58,632 nucleotides of DNA from Patescibacteria group bacterium (lineage in GTDB: Bacteria > Patescibacteriota > Minisyncoccia > Phycocordibacterales > SBAW01): contig JAIEMM010000005.1 in the NCBI GenBank assembly GCA_019752125.1, positions 1 through 58,632 of the forward strand, read 5' to 3'. The translations under genes and the position numbers were made by a program. Positions within the stretch are counted from its first letter, which is position 1. Every line of letters begins with the position of its first letter. Positions 26,670 to 36,027 of this stretch are shown piece by piece. The notes beneath the pieces are model-generated. The model searched no databases and was not told the DNA's origin. It saw only the letters and a list, made by a program, of their open reading frames with translations.

Positions 26670-28121
26670 TTATTTCAACACGTTCCAAATATTTGGATCT
26701 TCTGAGCCGTCGAACTTGAAGACGGAGACGCCGCGGACGCCGAGTTTCTTTGCGAGGGCAACTTTGTCAGCAATAGCTTTTGAGTCGCTCCACCACACGA
26801 TGTTAAACGGAGGTTGGAGAGAGGTTGCAAGCGCGCTTTGGGTATATACGTCTGTTGGAGGCAACACTGTATTGCCCCCCGCAGCTACACTGCCAGGAAC
26901 ACTCGCCTGGTCTGAAAGCGACTGAGTCTGTGCTGTCGATTTATACATAAACGAGAGCTCGTTTGCGCTGTTGCGCGATGGTGTTACACCAAGGAGCGAC
27001 GCAAGTTGCGTTGCATAGTTTTGGTTAAAGGCCCATTGAAGTTTGTATTGGTATCCGGAGCCAGATGATGTGACCTTATATTCGTAGCCATAGGTTGGCA
27101 CACCAATAAGAATTTTCTTTCTATCTATAGATTGTGCTGCAAGGCTGACGATAGTCTCTACCCATGTTGGGTCAGCAACTGGAACGTATGGTTGGGCGCG
27201 TGATCCGTTCAAAAGTGTATCAATTGACCCTTGGTCATACGCCATGATCTGTACGCGGTCACAATATTTGTTTATAGCAGCATAGTCGTTAGCATACTCA
27301 GTTGAACCAGCGGGTGGCGTAGCGCCAATACCATAGCGATGCTCAAGCGGCATACGCGCCTCGATAGAGCAATATACCCATTTGTTACCCATGCGCTGAT
27401 ACAGACCTTTCAAGAACGTTGAGAAGTAATCCTTTGTTTCCGCTTTTTTTGCCTCAAAGTCGATATCTATACCGTCAAAGCCCTGCGCTTTTACAAGCGC
27501 GGCAATCTGGTCCTCCATGGCAACACGCTTCTTTGCGTCGCTAAGAACTGCGTGTTCAGCATCGCCATCTCCCCACATAACTGTTGGGATAACACGTACA
27601 CCCTTTGCTTTTGCAGCTTTGATAAATGAAGTCCACGGCTCAGCATTAATATCTCCTGCGTCGGTCACAAGGCCACTACTGGTGACCGTGTATTGAAACG
27701 GGCTTATGTGCGCAAGTTGAGAAAGATGCGGCAAAACATCTGCAGTGCCCTTCGTTGCGTGCCAGTATGGAATCCACCCGCCAAATTCAAGCGGCTTAGT
27801 ATTAGCCGCGGAAGCAGCTGTACTGAGATCTGTATTTAAAATACGCAGCGCTGCTTGAGTCTTAGGGCCCACAACACCATAGCTAGATCCTGAACAGGTA
27901 ATCTTGTTCTGACACTGGAATTTCTTAACTGCAGTAAGAGTTGCTGGACCGAATGTGCCAACATTGTTGCCCGCAGCAAGGAAGTTTTGTGAGATAAGAA
28001 TATTCTGGAGATTCGTAATATCATCTCCCGACATTCCTATAGACATCGTACGCGCCAATGCACTACTTGGAACAAGAACCAGCATAAAAGCTGCGATTAG
28101 TATCGCGCGTTTGAACATCAT
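26670..28121 (-). CDS. GH18 glycoside hydrolase with peptidoglycan-binding domain
   Basis: Signal peptide; FGPATLTAVKKFQ and GVVGPKT PG-binding motifs; DGIDIDFE, IMAYDQ. Confidence 0.88.
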   Translation of the reverse strand: MMFKRAILIAAFMLVLVPSSALARTMSIGMSGDDITNLQNILISQNFLAAGNNVGTFGPATLTAVKKFQCQNKITCSGSSYGVVGPKTQAALRILNTDLSTAASAANTKPLEFGGWIPYWHATKGTADVLPHLSQLAHISPFQYTVTSSGLVTDAGDINAEPWTSFIKAAKAKGVRVIPTVMWGDGDAEHAVLSDAKKRVAMEDQIAALVKAQGFDGIDIDFEAKKAETKDYFSTFLKGLYQRMGNKWVYCSIEARMPLEHRYGIGATPPAGSTEYANDYAAINKYCDRVQIMAYDQGSIDTLLNGSRAQPYVPVADPTWVETIVSLAAQSIDRKKILIGVPTYGYEYKVTSSGSGYQYKLQWAFNQNYATQLASLLGVTPSRNSANELSFMYKSTAQTQSLSDQASVPGSVAAGGNTVLPPTDVYTQSALATSLQPPFNIVWWSDSKAIADKVALAKKLGVRGVSVFKFDGSEDPNIWNVLK

Positions 28122-28135
28122 AATTTTATTATAGC

Positions 28136-28154
28136 ATCCGCCAGTTGGCGGGAT
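28136..28154. repeat. Intergenic variant of the CCGCCAGCTGGCGG palindrome
   Basis: ATCCGCCAGTTGGCGGGAT. Confidence 0.55.
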
Positions 28155-29974
28155 TATCTACGAGCCTTCGTACGATCCATTTCCGTCAGCCCTTGTTTAC
28201 GTAGACGTACAGAGAGCGGAGTTATTTCAAGATATTCATCTTCAACCATAACTTCCAATCCGCGTTCAATAGTTATCTCGTACGGTGGAACCAAGTTCAT
28301 CGCCTCGTCAGTACCTGAAGCTCTCATGTTTGTGAGTTGCTTGCCCTTGGTTGGGTTTACTGTCATTTCTTCGCCCTTTGATGTGTTGCCGATAACCATG
28401 CCCTCATATACTTCAGTAGCTGGTTTGATATAGAGTGTTCCGCGATCCTGCAAGTTCCAGAGCGAGAAGCCGAGCGTCTTGCCTGATGCCATAGAGATCA
28501 TAGAACCTACCGCGCGTTTTACGATTTCGCCGGCGTATGGGCGGAATTCTACGAAACGTGATGAAAGAATGCCTTCGCCTTTGGTATCCAAGACGAATTG
28601 GCTGCGGTAGCCAAGGAGGCCGCGTGTAGGGCCTTCAAATGTAAGGCGGACTCCATCGCCCTCGCCCATCTTGATATCTTTGAGAATAAATTTGCGTGTG
28701 CCCAAGCGCTCGATAATTGCGCCCTGGTATGTGCTTGGAGTGTCGATAACGACTTCTTCAAACGGCTCGTGCTTTTCCCCGTTCACTTCATGGAAGATAA
28801 CTTGTGGTTGAGAGACCTGCATTTCGTACCCTTCACGGCGCATGTTTTCCAAAAGAATCGCAATGTGCAATTCGCCGCGACCAGACACTTTAAATACATC
28901 GCCGCCGCCTTGTGCGCCGCCCGCTTCATTGCCGAAATCAACTTTAAGGCCCACGTTTACTTCAAGTTCGCGTTCAAGGCGTTCACGGATCTGGCGAGTT
29001 GTAACGAACTTGCCTTCGCGACCTGCGAACGGCGAGTTGTTAACCAAGAAGTTAAGGGTGATCGTAGGCTCATCGACTGCGATTGCTGGCAACGGTTCAG
29101 CATCTACTGAGTCGCAGATAGTTTCTCCGATGAAAATGTCTGTAAGGCCTGCAATAAGGACGATGTCCCCTGCCTGCGCTTCTGTTGCTTCGACTTTCTG
29201 CAAGCCTTTGAAGCTAAACATCCTGATAACCTTGCCGGTACGAACTTCGCCGGTTGGCTTTTTGATAGTTACAGACTGACCTGTTTTAATTTTGCCTTCG
29301 TAGATGCGGGCAACTGCCAAGCGGCCAAGGAAGTTGTCGTAGCCGAGGTTGAAAGGCTGCGCGCGGAGAGGCTTGTCTTCCAAACCCTTACCTGCTGCAG
29401 GAACTTTCTCCAAGATCATATCCAAAAGCGGAGTAAGGTCTGTTGATTCGTCAGTGAGTTTGCGCTTTGCGATGCCCTGGCGGCCAATGGCATACATAAC
29501 TGGGAAGTCAGATTGTTCATCTGTAGCACCGAGTTCCAAGAAAAGTTCAAGCACTTGTTCTTCTGCACGTGCAGGGTCTGCAGCTGGCTTGTCGATCTTG
29601 TTAATAACAACGATAGGCTTGAGGCCAAGCTCAAGAGACTTCTTCAATACAAAGCGGGTCTGGGGCATTGGGCCTTCCTGTGCGTCAACAACAAGAAGCA
29701 CAGAGTCGATAGAGCGGAGCACGCGCTCAACTTCAGAACCGAAGTCTGCGTGGCCCGGAGTGTCTACGATATTGATCTTTACGTCTTTATAGAAAATTGC
29801 CGCAGGCTTCGAGTAGATGGTGATACCGCGTTCGCGCTCGAGGTCGTTTGAGTCCATTGAAACGCCTTCTTCTGCAGCGCCAGTCTGGCGCATCAAAGCG
29901 TCGGTCAAGGTAGTCTTGCCGTGGTCCACGTGAGCGATAATTGCAATATTTCTTATTTCCATAGTTTTAAACAA
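28154..29974 (-). CDS. typA: Translational GTPase TypA/BipA
   Basis: [51 protein letters not shown]. Confidence 0.97.
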   Translation of the reverse strand: MFKTMEIRNIAIIAHVDHGKTTLTDALMRQTGAAEEGVSMDSNDLERERGITIYSKPAAIFYKDVKINIVDTPGHADFGSEVERVLRSIDSVLLVVDAQEGPMPQTRFVLKKSLELGLKPIVVINKIDKPAADPARAEEQVLELFLELGATDEQSDFPVMYAIGRQGIAKRKLTDESTDLTPLLDMILEKVPAAGKGLEDKPLRAQPFNLGYDNFLGRLAVARIYEGKIKTGQSVTIKKPTGEVRTGKVIRMFSFKGLQKVEATEAQAGDIVLIAGLTDIFIGETICDSVDAEPLPAIAVDEPTITLNFLVNNSPFAGREGKFVTTRQIRERLERELEVNVGLKVDFGNEAGGAQGGGDVFKVSGRGELHIAILLENMRREGYEMQVSQPQVIFHEVNGEKHEPFEEVVIDTPSTYQGAIIERLGTRKFILKDIKMGEGDGVRLTFEGPTRGLLGYRSQFVLDTKGEGILSSRFVEFRPYAGEIVKRAVGSMISMASGKTLGFSLWNLQDRGTLYIKPATEVYEGMVIGNTSKGEEMTVNPTKGKQLTNMRASGTDEAMNLVPPYEITIERGLEVMVEDEYLEITPLSVRLRKQGLTEMDRTKARR

Positions 29975-30027
29975 AAATGCGGGCGATTCCCGCGATTACC
30001 CTCATACAATACCAGAAAAATTGATTT

Positions 30028-30324
30028 TTACAACATCTGTTTGACCTGCTCGCCTATCATCTTTTCAATGCGGCCTTCGAACATGCGAAGCATGAGGGGA
30101 AGCTTTGCATCGACTATAAATTCTTTCTCATCCACCACGAGAGTGCCTGAAATATGCTGGCCTTGGCCAGTAAATGCGAAAGTGAGTTTGTTGCCCTCCC
30201 ACTCCTCTTTTTCAATAGTGAGTTGGTCTTTAACCTGAGGGTTTACCTTAACCTGTTCGAGTGCAGATTTTACACGGTCTATTCCTTGCTGTGTTCCGAA
30301 TTTATTTGGTACTTGGATATGCAT
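30028..30324 (-). CDS. Polyhydroxyalkanoic acid system protein family (PHA_gran_rgn-like)
   Basis: WEGNKLTF, ISGTL, KLPLMLRMFEGRIE pattern. Confidence 0.6.
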   Translation of the reverse strand: MHIQVPNKFGTQQGIDRVKSALEQVKVNPQVKDQLTIEKEEWEGNKLTFAFTGQGQHISGTLVVDEKEFIVDAKLPLMLRMFEGRIEKMIGEQVKQML

Positions 30325-30369
30325 TACTAGAGTATATAAAGTCAGGGGCGAACGTGCTAGCATGCGTTC

Positions 30370-31656
30370 ATGAAAAACCCTGGGGAGCAGATATGGGACG
30401 TGTGCGTTATAGGAGGCGGCCCTGCCGGCATGATGGCGGCTATTAGCGCGGCCGAACTTGGCGCCGAAGTCATCCTTATTGAAAAGAACGCTACGCTTGG
30501 CAAAAAACTCCTTATAACCGGTGGCGGACGCTGCAATGTCTGCAACGCACAGGAAGATGTACGAAAACTGCTTTCAAAATTTAAAGGCAGCGATAAATTT
30601 CTTTTTTCAGCATTTTCTCAGTGGGCTACGAAAGAAACGTTGGACTTTTTCCATTCGCACGGCATGGAAACAAAAGAAGAAGCACTGATGCGTGTATTTC
30701 CAGCAAGTAATACAGCGCAGTCAGTATGGGATGTATTGGTATCAGACCTTAAAAAATATTCTGTAACAGTACTTTCAAACTCCCCCGTCGTACATATGGA
30801 GAAAGAAGGAGAAGAGATTATCTCTGTAACACTGAAAACCCCCACAAAAGGAGCTCGCGGGGCAGGTAAAGAAATTCGGGCAAAAAAATTTATTTTGGCA
30901 ACAGGCGGCAAATCACGCCCAGAAACAGGTTCAACTGGTGATGGGTATGAGTGGTTAAAAGAAATTGGCCACAACGTTACTGGAACAAACGCTGCACTAG
31001 TGCCCGTAGAAGTTAAAGATTCGTGGGTAAGGAAACTTGCAGGTGTGAGTGTGCCGGAAGTAAAAATCAGCATCTTTCAAAACGATGTAAAGCAAGATTC
31101 TAAAATTGGGAAACTACTCTTTACTCATGTCGGCGTAAGCGGCCCCACTATTTTAAATATGAGCCGTGATATTGGAGAGCTTTTGAAATATGGAGAAGTG
31201 GTGCTTGAAATAGATTTCTGCCCAACCCTCGCCTACGATGCGCTCAATACGAAGCTCCAAAAAATATTTGCTGCGAACGACAAGAAGAAACTTAAAAATA
31301 GTTTGGCTGATGTACTTCCTTCAGCGGCTGTTCCAATACTTTTAGCTGAAGTAGATATTGATGGCGAGACGCCATGCAACAGCGTTACACGCGAGGTACG
31401 CCTTTTGCTTATGAAAGTACTTAAACACGCTTCTATGGAAGTAACCAAACTACAGGGTATGGAAAAAGCGGTCATTACCTCCGGCGGTGTCGTTCTTGAA
31501 GAAGTAGATTTTAAAACAATGCAGTCGCGCCTTTTCCCTAACCTCTATCTCATTGGAGATATATTAAATGTAGACAGGCCGTCCGGCGGCTACAGCTTGC
31601 AGCTGTGCTGGACGACAGGACACGTCGCCGGCACACACGCAGCAAAATACTTATGA
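30370..31656 (+). CDS. HI0933/BaiN/YhiN-family flavoprotein
   Basis: GGGPAGMMAA, GKKLLITGGGRCN, ATGGKSRPETGSTGDGY, LFTHVGVSGP, GGYSLQ. Confidence 0.92.
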   Translation: MKNPGEQIWDVCVIGGGPAGMMAAISAAELGAEVILIEKNATLGKKLLITGGGRCNVCNAQEDVRKLLSKFKGSDKFLFSAFSQWATKETLDFFHSHGMETKEEALMRVFPASNTAQSVWDVLVSDLKKYSVTVLSNSPVVHMEKEGEEIISVTLKTPTKGARGAGKEIRAKKFILATGGKSRPETGSTGDGYEWLKEIGHNVTGTNAALVPVEVKDSWVRKLAGVSVPEVKISIFQNDVKQDSKIGKLLFTHVGVSGPTILNMSRDIGELLKYGEVVLEIDFCPTLAYDALNTKLQKIFAANDKKKLKNSLADVLPSAAVPILLAEVDIDGETPCNSVTREVRLLLMKVLKHASMEVTKLQGMEKAVITSGGVVLEEVDFKTMQSRLFPNLYLIGDILNVDRPSGGYSLQLCWTTGHVAGTHAAKYL

Positions 31657-31690
31657 AAAGAAAAACCGCCAATCTCGAAAGATGGCGGCG
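31657..31690 (-). terminator. Intrinsic terminator of the rRNA-like RNA
   Basis: CCGCCA-TCT-TTCG-AGA-TTGGCGG-TTTTTCTTTT on the minus strand. Confidence 0.8.
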
Positions 31691-31701
31691 AAGAATGAGG
31701 T

Positions 31702-31990
31702 GAGGAACTTGGTTTAGGCTTAGAAGATTTAACGCTCCCGAGACGCTGACCGAGAGGTCAGTTCTCTGGCGGAACTTGGCTGCACCTAACGGCTTAACCT
31801 ATGTCTCCCATATTCTCCATGAGCTGTTACCACTCATAGATACTCGAATCCAACCGCGACCCTTTTCATACGGGGCTGTAACCCTCTGTGGCGCTACTTC
31901 TCAGAAGCTTTTTATAAGGTCTTTGGTGGCCTTGGCCCACTCCAGCCGATTTCTCAACCGGAATCTCGTTTGATTTCTTCCTCGTTCCTC
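31702..31990 (-). ncRNA. Stand-alone ~290-nt RNA resembling 23S rRNA domain I (about H12/13-H22)
   Basis: Ordered LSU motifs AAGAAATCAAACGAGATTCC, GCCACAGAGGGTTACAGCCCCGTA, GAGTA-stem-GAATATGGGAGA, AAGCCTAAA; helices kept by compensatory changes; GAGGAAC/GTTCCTC closing stem; own promoter and terminator. Confidence 0.8.
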
Positions 31991-31997
31991 TGAGTGG

Positions 31998-32026
31998 AGT
32001 CTACACCTAGAAAATACTGGTTGCAA
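31998..32026 (-). promoter_or_regulatory. sigma70-type promoter of the rRNA-like RNA
   Basis: TTGCAA (32026-32021), 17-nt spacer, TAGACT (32003-31998); predicted +1 at about 31990-31991. Confidence 0.7.
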
Positions 32027-32046
32027 GACGTTCATGCAGCCCACTC

Positions 32047-33180
32047 TTAATCGACCTTAAATAGTCGTTGATATTTTTTATCTTTTCCTTTGCGCCATGC
32101 GGCAAGCAGATACCCTGACATAAAACTCATAACAAAGCCTGCTCCGCCAAAACCAGCCGAAAGAAAAATTGGTTTGCCGGGCACTTTCCCAATGTACGGC
32201 ACGCTACGTTTTGTAGGAAAAAAGATTCCACTCCAACCACCTTCGTGTTTGTGCGATGCGTCGATCCCAAGCACAGTGCGAGAAAATGTATGCAAACTGG
32301 TGTGATATTTTTCTTCTGTGTTTTTATTTTTTTGATACTGTGCCTCCTGTATATCTTCGCCTCCTACCCACAAGCGGTTCCCGCCGAAGCTCCGTATGTA
32401 GTGGTACGGGCGCTCAATGTCCGAAGACACCGACGAGCGAAACAGCTTCTTCATGTTGTTCTTTTTATAGGAAAGTACAAACGTACGGATACGGCCAACA
32501 TGTTTTGCATACTGAGGCAACAAGTCGAGACCACCTGTGGCAACAATAACTTCTTTGCACGATATAACGTTTCCATTTTCCAAATGCACCTGCGCAACTG
32601 TTTTTTGGGTAGCGATTTTTGAAACAGGCGCATTGTATGTGATGCTGCCACCATGTTTTTGTATTCCACGTTTTAATGCCTTCAACAGTGCCTGGTTGTT
32701 TGACTGGCCTTCATCTACAATGGTCAGGGCAGAATAAAAGTTTGGGTGGAGTGCGCGTGCATCTTCAGTAAACGTAACGTTAGCGCCAATTTTTTTATAC
32801 AATTCATATTTCTTCCTGAGTATCTCTCTCCCGCGCTCGTGTGTGCTCACAATATGTCCAGGCAGACGACGCGTCTCAAAATGAACCTCCCCTTTTCTAT
32901 GTGCAAACGCCTCAAGATGCTTGAACCCCTCTTCTGAAAGATTCCATATATCGCGTGCACCTGCGAGGCCAAACTTTTTCAGCACATACTCCCAATCTAT
33001 ATCTGCATCGTGATTCATCTCTGCTGTGGAAGCGAAGCTCGCGCTTTCTGTACCGGCACCCTTTTCAAACACTGCGACAGAGTATCCGTCTAACAATAGA
33101 TGGTACGCCGCAGACAACCCGGCAATACCGGCCCCTATCACAACCATGTCGTATATCTTTGTATCCTGATCCATTTTCAT
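32047..33180 (-). CDS. FAD-dependent oxidoreductase (DAO/PuuB-like)
   Basis: VVIGAGIAGLSAAYHL, VIVATGG, GFGGAG. Confidence 0.85.
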   Translation of the reverse strand: MKMDQDTKIYDMVVIGAGIAGLSAAYHLLLDGYSVAVFEKGAGTESASFASTAEMNHDADIDWEYVLKKFGLAGARDIWNLSEEGFKHLEAFAHRKGEVHFETRRLPGHIVSTHERGREILRKKYELYKKIGANVTFTEDARALHPNFYSALTIVDEGQSNNQALLKALKRGIQKHGGSITYNAPVSKIATQKTVAQVHLENGNVISCKEVIVATGGLDLLPQYAKHVGRIRTFVLSYKKNNMKKLFRSSVSSDIERPYHYIRSFGGNRLWVGGEDIQEAQYQKNKNTEEKYHTSLHTFSRTVLGIDASHKHEGGWSGIFFPTKRSVPYIGKVPGKPIFLSAGFGGAGFVMSFMSGYLLAAWRKGKDKKYQRLFKVD

Positions 33181-33187
33181 GGAGCTT

Positions 33188-34657
33188 TTATTTATCCAAA
33201 TCTAGAACTTCGTCCATACGAATTTTCTCTACGAATTCTGGGACGTGTGAGACAAGAACCATCGCACCTTCATATTTATTGAGAGCTTCAGCAATAACAG
33301 GAATATGGCGGAAGTTTATATGGTTGGTTGGTTCGTCGAGAATAAGAAGGCCTGGGCGGAGCAACATCAAGCGCGCAAAGGCAACGAGACCCTTCTGCCC
33401 CTCTGAGAGATTTCCAATCTTTGCATAGACAAGGTCGCCAGTGATCAAGAAGCGTGCAGCCATGCGGCGCAGATCTTCCTCAATAAGTTTTTCCATTACC
33501 GCACCAAGCTCTTGGTAGACGGTTTTATCAAAATCCAAGTTCGAGAAGTCTTGGCGGTAATACCCCACACGAGTGCCTTCCAAAATAGTTGTTCCCTCTG
33601 CTGTACCGTTAACAATACTTTCAAGGAGAGTCGTTTTACCGATGCCGTTAGGGCCTCTCAAAAGGAGGTGCTGATTTCTCTTAAGTTTTATTTCTGCCTT
33701 ACGCTTTGTCTCCTTACCATTCTTTATTGTTTTAAAGCTGGTGATAGTAAGAATGTCGCCGATCAAATCTGGCTGTGATGGAATGACAAAGGGAGCAATG
33801 GTGCGGTCTTCTTTGCGCACATCAACAATCTCCTCTTCAAGCTCTTCTGCTTTTTCGCGCATGCGCTTTGCCACCATACGCATCTGGCCTCCCTTGTTCG
33901 CAAAGAAGTTAGCTTTGTCTTTATTTTCTTGAATCTGCTTTGCGAGGAGTGCATTTGCGCGGTTTTCTTTTTCAATACGTATTGTGATTTCCTTCACCAC
34001 GTCAAAATAGTTACCGACATACTGCTCTACCTTGTGTGTATGTACGTCCAAGTACAGAACTCCTTGTGTAAACGAGTTTAGGAATTCTGCATCGTGAGAA
34101 ATGACGATAACTGTCTTCTTATATTCCTGGAGGAATTTCTTGAGGTGGTCGATACCCGCCTTGTCGAGATTGTTTGTAGGCTCGTCCAAAAGCAAAAGGT
34201 CCGGGTCTTGTATAAGCGCAGAGGCAAGGAGAAGACGCGCCTGCTGTCCACCAGAAAATGACTTAATGATACGGTCATGGTCTGGGATGCTCAGATTTAC
34301 TGCATCAAGCACCTTGTCGATGCGTGGGTCGATATCGTACTTCTTTTCTGTAAACATCTTCTGGAAAAAATCACGGATGGTGAGTTCTAGGTCAGGACGA
34401 GGAATAACTTGGCGAGCTGTTGCTACGCTCATTCCCTCTTCGACAATAATCTCTCCTTCGGCTGTATCTGATGAATCCAAATCAAGTTCGCCTGTAAGCA
34501 ACTTAAACAAGGTGCTCTTACCTGCACCGTTCTGCCCCATGAGGGTAATCTTCCCACCACGGCGCACATTGAAGCTCACCTCATCAAGGATTTTCTTTTT
34601 TGGTCCGAAGTCGAAAGACACCTCTTCGAACCGAACTATAGTATCGCCCTTAGCCAT
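33188..34657 (-). CDS. ABC-F family ATPase (ribosome-associated)
   Basis: Two ABC domains (GQNGAGKST/SGGQ/LDEPTNNLD; GPNGIGKTT/LDEPTNH), helical linker, no TM. Confidence 0.9.
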   Translation of the reverse strand: MAKGDTIVRFEEVSFDFGPKKKILDEVSFNVRRGGKITLMGQNGAGKSTLFKLLTGELDLDSSDTAEGEIIVEEGMSVATARQVIPRPDLELTIRDFFQKMFTEKKYDIDPRIDKVLDAVNLSIPDHDRIIKSFSGGQQARLLLASALIQDPDLLLLDEPTNNLDKAGIDHLKKFLQEYKKTVIVISHDAEFLNSFTQGVLYLDVHTHKVEQYVGNYFDVVKEITIRIEKENRANALLAKQIQENKDKANFFANKGGQMRMVAKRMREKAEELEEEIVDVRKEDRTIAPFVIPSQPDLIGDILTITSFKTIKNGKETKRKAEIKLKRNQHLLLRGPNGIGKTTLLESIVNGTAEGTTILEGTRVGYYRQDFSNLDFDKTVYQELGAVMEKLIEEDLRRMAARFLITGDLVYAKIGNLSEGQKGLVAFARLMLLRPGLLILDEPTNHINFRHIPVIAEALNKYEGAMVLVSHVPEFVEKIRMDEVLDLDK

Positions 34658-34681
34658 CGCTCTAAGGTAGCGTATTTTTAC

Positions 34682-35323
34682 TTATTTTGAAAGCTTTTTC
34701 TTCACTACCTTCTTTATCGGTTTTGCCTCATCAGCCAAACGCCACATATACCACGAAGCAATTGATGCATGTTCGCGCCAGTCTTTTGCCAGCTTTTCCA
34801 TCTGTGCAGGGCTTGGGAGTTTTTTGAGACCGTAAAAGATCTGAAATCCTTTTTGAACACCTAAGTCCCCTGTTGGAAGCACGTCCAAGCGCTCAAGTGT
34901 GAACATTAAAAACATATGCGCAGTCCAAACACCAATTCCCTTTACTGCTGTTACGTGCGCAATAACCTCCTCGTTGGTCATCTTCTTAAACTTCTTATGC
35001 TGCACAGTGCCATCTACAAACTTTTCAGCCAAGTCTTTTATATATGAAGATTTTTGAGACGAGAGTCCTGCCTCACGCAATTTCTGCAAAGGCATTGCAA
35101 GCACATCTTCAGGCGTAGGAAATCTCTTATTAGGAAAGAGTTCAGTGAAACGTTTAAAAATAGTTGCAGCAGCTTTTCCAGAAACCTGCTGGTACACGAT
35201 AGAGCGGACAAGTGCTTCAAAGGGCTTGGCTTCACGGCCAAGTTTTGCTTCGCCGTGTTTTTTGATCAGCGCAGCAAAGCGCTTATCTTTTTTGAGAACC
35301 TTTAGGGACGCTTCGTATGCCAT
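34682..35323 (-). CDS. alkA: DNA-3-methyladenine glycosylase II (HhH-GPD)
   Basis: SIVYQQVSGKAA, GLSSQK, KGIGVWTA, LPTGDLGV. Confidence 0.88.
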   Translation of the reverse strand: MAYEASLKVLKKDKRFAALIKKHGEAKLGREAKPFEALVRSIVYQQVSGKAAATIFKRFTELFPNKRFPTPEDVLAMPLQKLREAGLSSQKSSYIKDLAEKFVDGTVQHKKFKKMTNEEVIAHVTAVKGIGVWTAHMFLMFTLERLDVLPTGDLGVQKGFQIFYGLKKLPSPAQMEKLAKDWREHASIASWYMWRLADEAKPIKKVVKKKLSK

Positions 35324-36027
35324 TGGTAGAGCGTAATAGCTGCCGCTGCTGCAACGTTGAGAGATTCTGCGTGCGGTTCGATCGGAATAGAAATAACTTT
35401 ATCGCAAAGCTGAGTAACTTTACCTAAGCCTTGAGCTTCGTTACCCATAATAAAGACTGCTGGTGTATCAAACACTTCTGTGTGTAGTGAGTTTTTACCC
35501 TCGCCTGCCAAACCATAGACACGATAGCCTTTCTTCTTTAGATCAGAAATAGTTTGCTGAAGGTTTGAGATAGAAACAAGTGGTACGGTAAATGCTAGCC
35601 CAGCTGATGCCTTGATAACTGCGCCGCTAATAGGTGCCTGCTTTACGCTTGGCATAAGCACTGCACCTGCACCAAAAGCTGCAGCTGAACGAATCACCGC
35701 GCCGACGTTGTGGGGATCTTGAACTTCATTGAGCAGCACGATGGGTTTTGAAGTATCCGTAGGCTGCCACTTTTCGTACGGAATCAAAATGCTTGAAAGC
35801 GAGATAAGTGCCACCGCGCCTTGATGTGGAGCGTTTCTCTCAACCCAAGACGTTGCCTTGCGTGGGTCGAGTACTTCAATAGGCACACCGCTTTGCTGCG
35901 CGAGTTTTTTCAACCCGCCGTCCTTCATGTCCTTTGCAAAATAGACGTGGCGCACTGCAAGCGGAACGTTCTTAAGCGCTTCTGTGAGCGCATGCCTACC
36001 GTATATGTAAATTTTATTTTGTTTCAT
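35302..36027 (-). CDS. rlmB: TrmH/SpoU-family rRNA 2'-O-methyltransferase (RlmB-like)
   Basis: YGRHA, HQGAVA, QDPHNVGAVIRSA, GNEAQG, SLNVAAA. Confidence 0.8.
   Translation of the reverse strand: MKQNKIYIYGRHALTEALKNVPLAVRHVYFAKDMKDGGLKKLAQQSGVPIEVLDPRKATSWVERNAPHQGAVALISLSSILIPYEKWQPTDTSKPIVLLNEVQDPHNVGAVIRSAAAFGAGAVLMPSVKQAPISGAVIKASAGLAFTVPLVSISNLQQTISDLKKKGYRVYGLAGEGKNSLHTEVFDTPAVFIMGNEAQGLGKVTQLCDKVISIPIEPHAESLNVAAAAAITLYQWHTKRP

Noticed and set aside
30835-30870. Possible palindromic insert in the HI0933-family gene (TPTKGARGAG)
   Set aside because: Pairing is too short and there is no second copy in the window.
31776-31973. 65-aa plus-strand ORF
   Set aside because: Antisense to the structured RNA; no RBS or recognisable protein features.
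31702-31990. Calling this an rRNA gene or a simple 23S pseudogene
   Set aside because: No flanking rRNA sequence; stems are rewritten with compensatory changes; it has a new closing stem and a dedicated promoter and terminator. Kept as ncRNA pending comparison with the host 23S.
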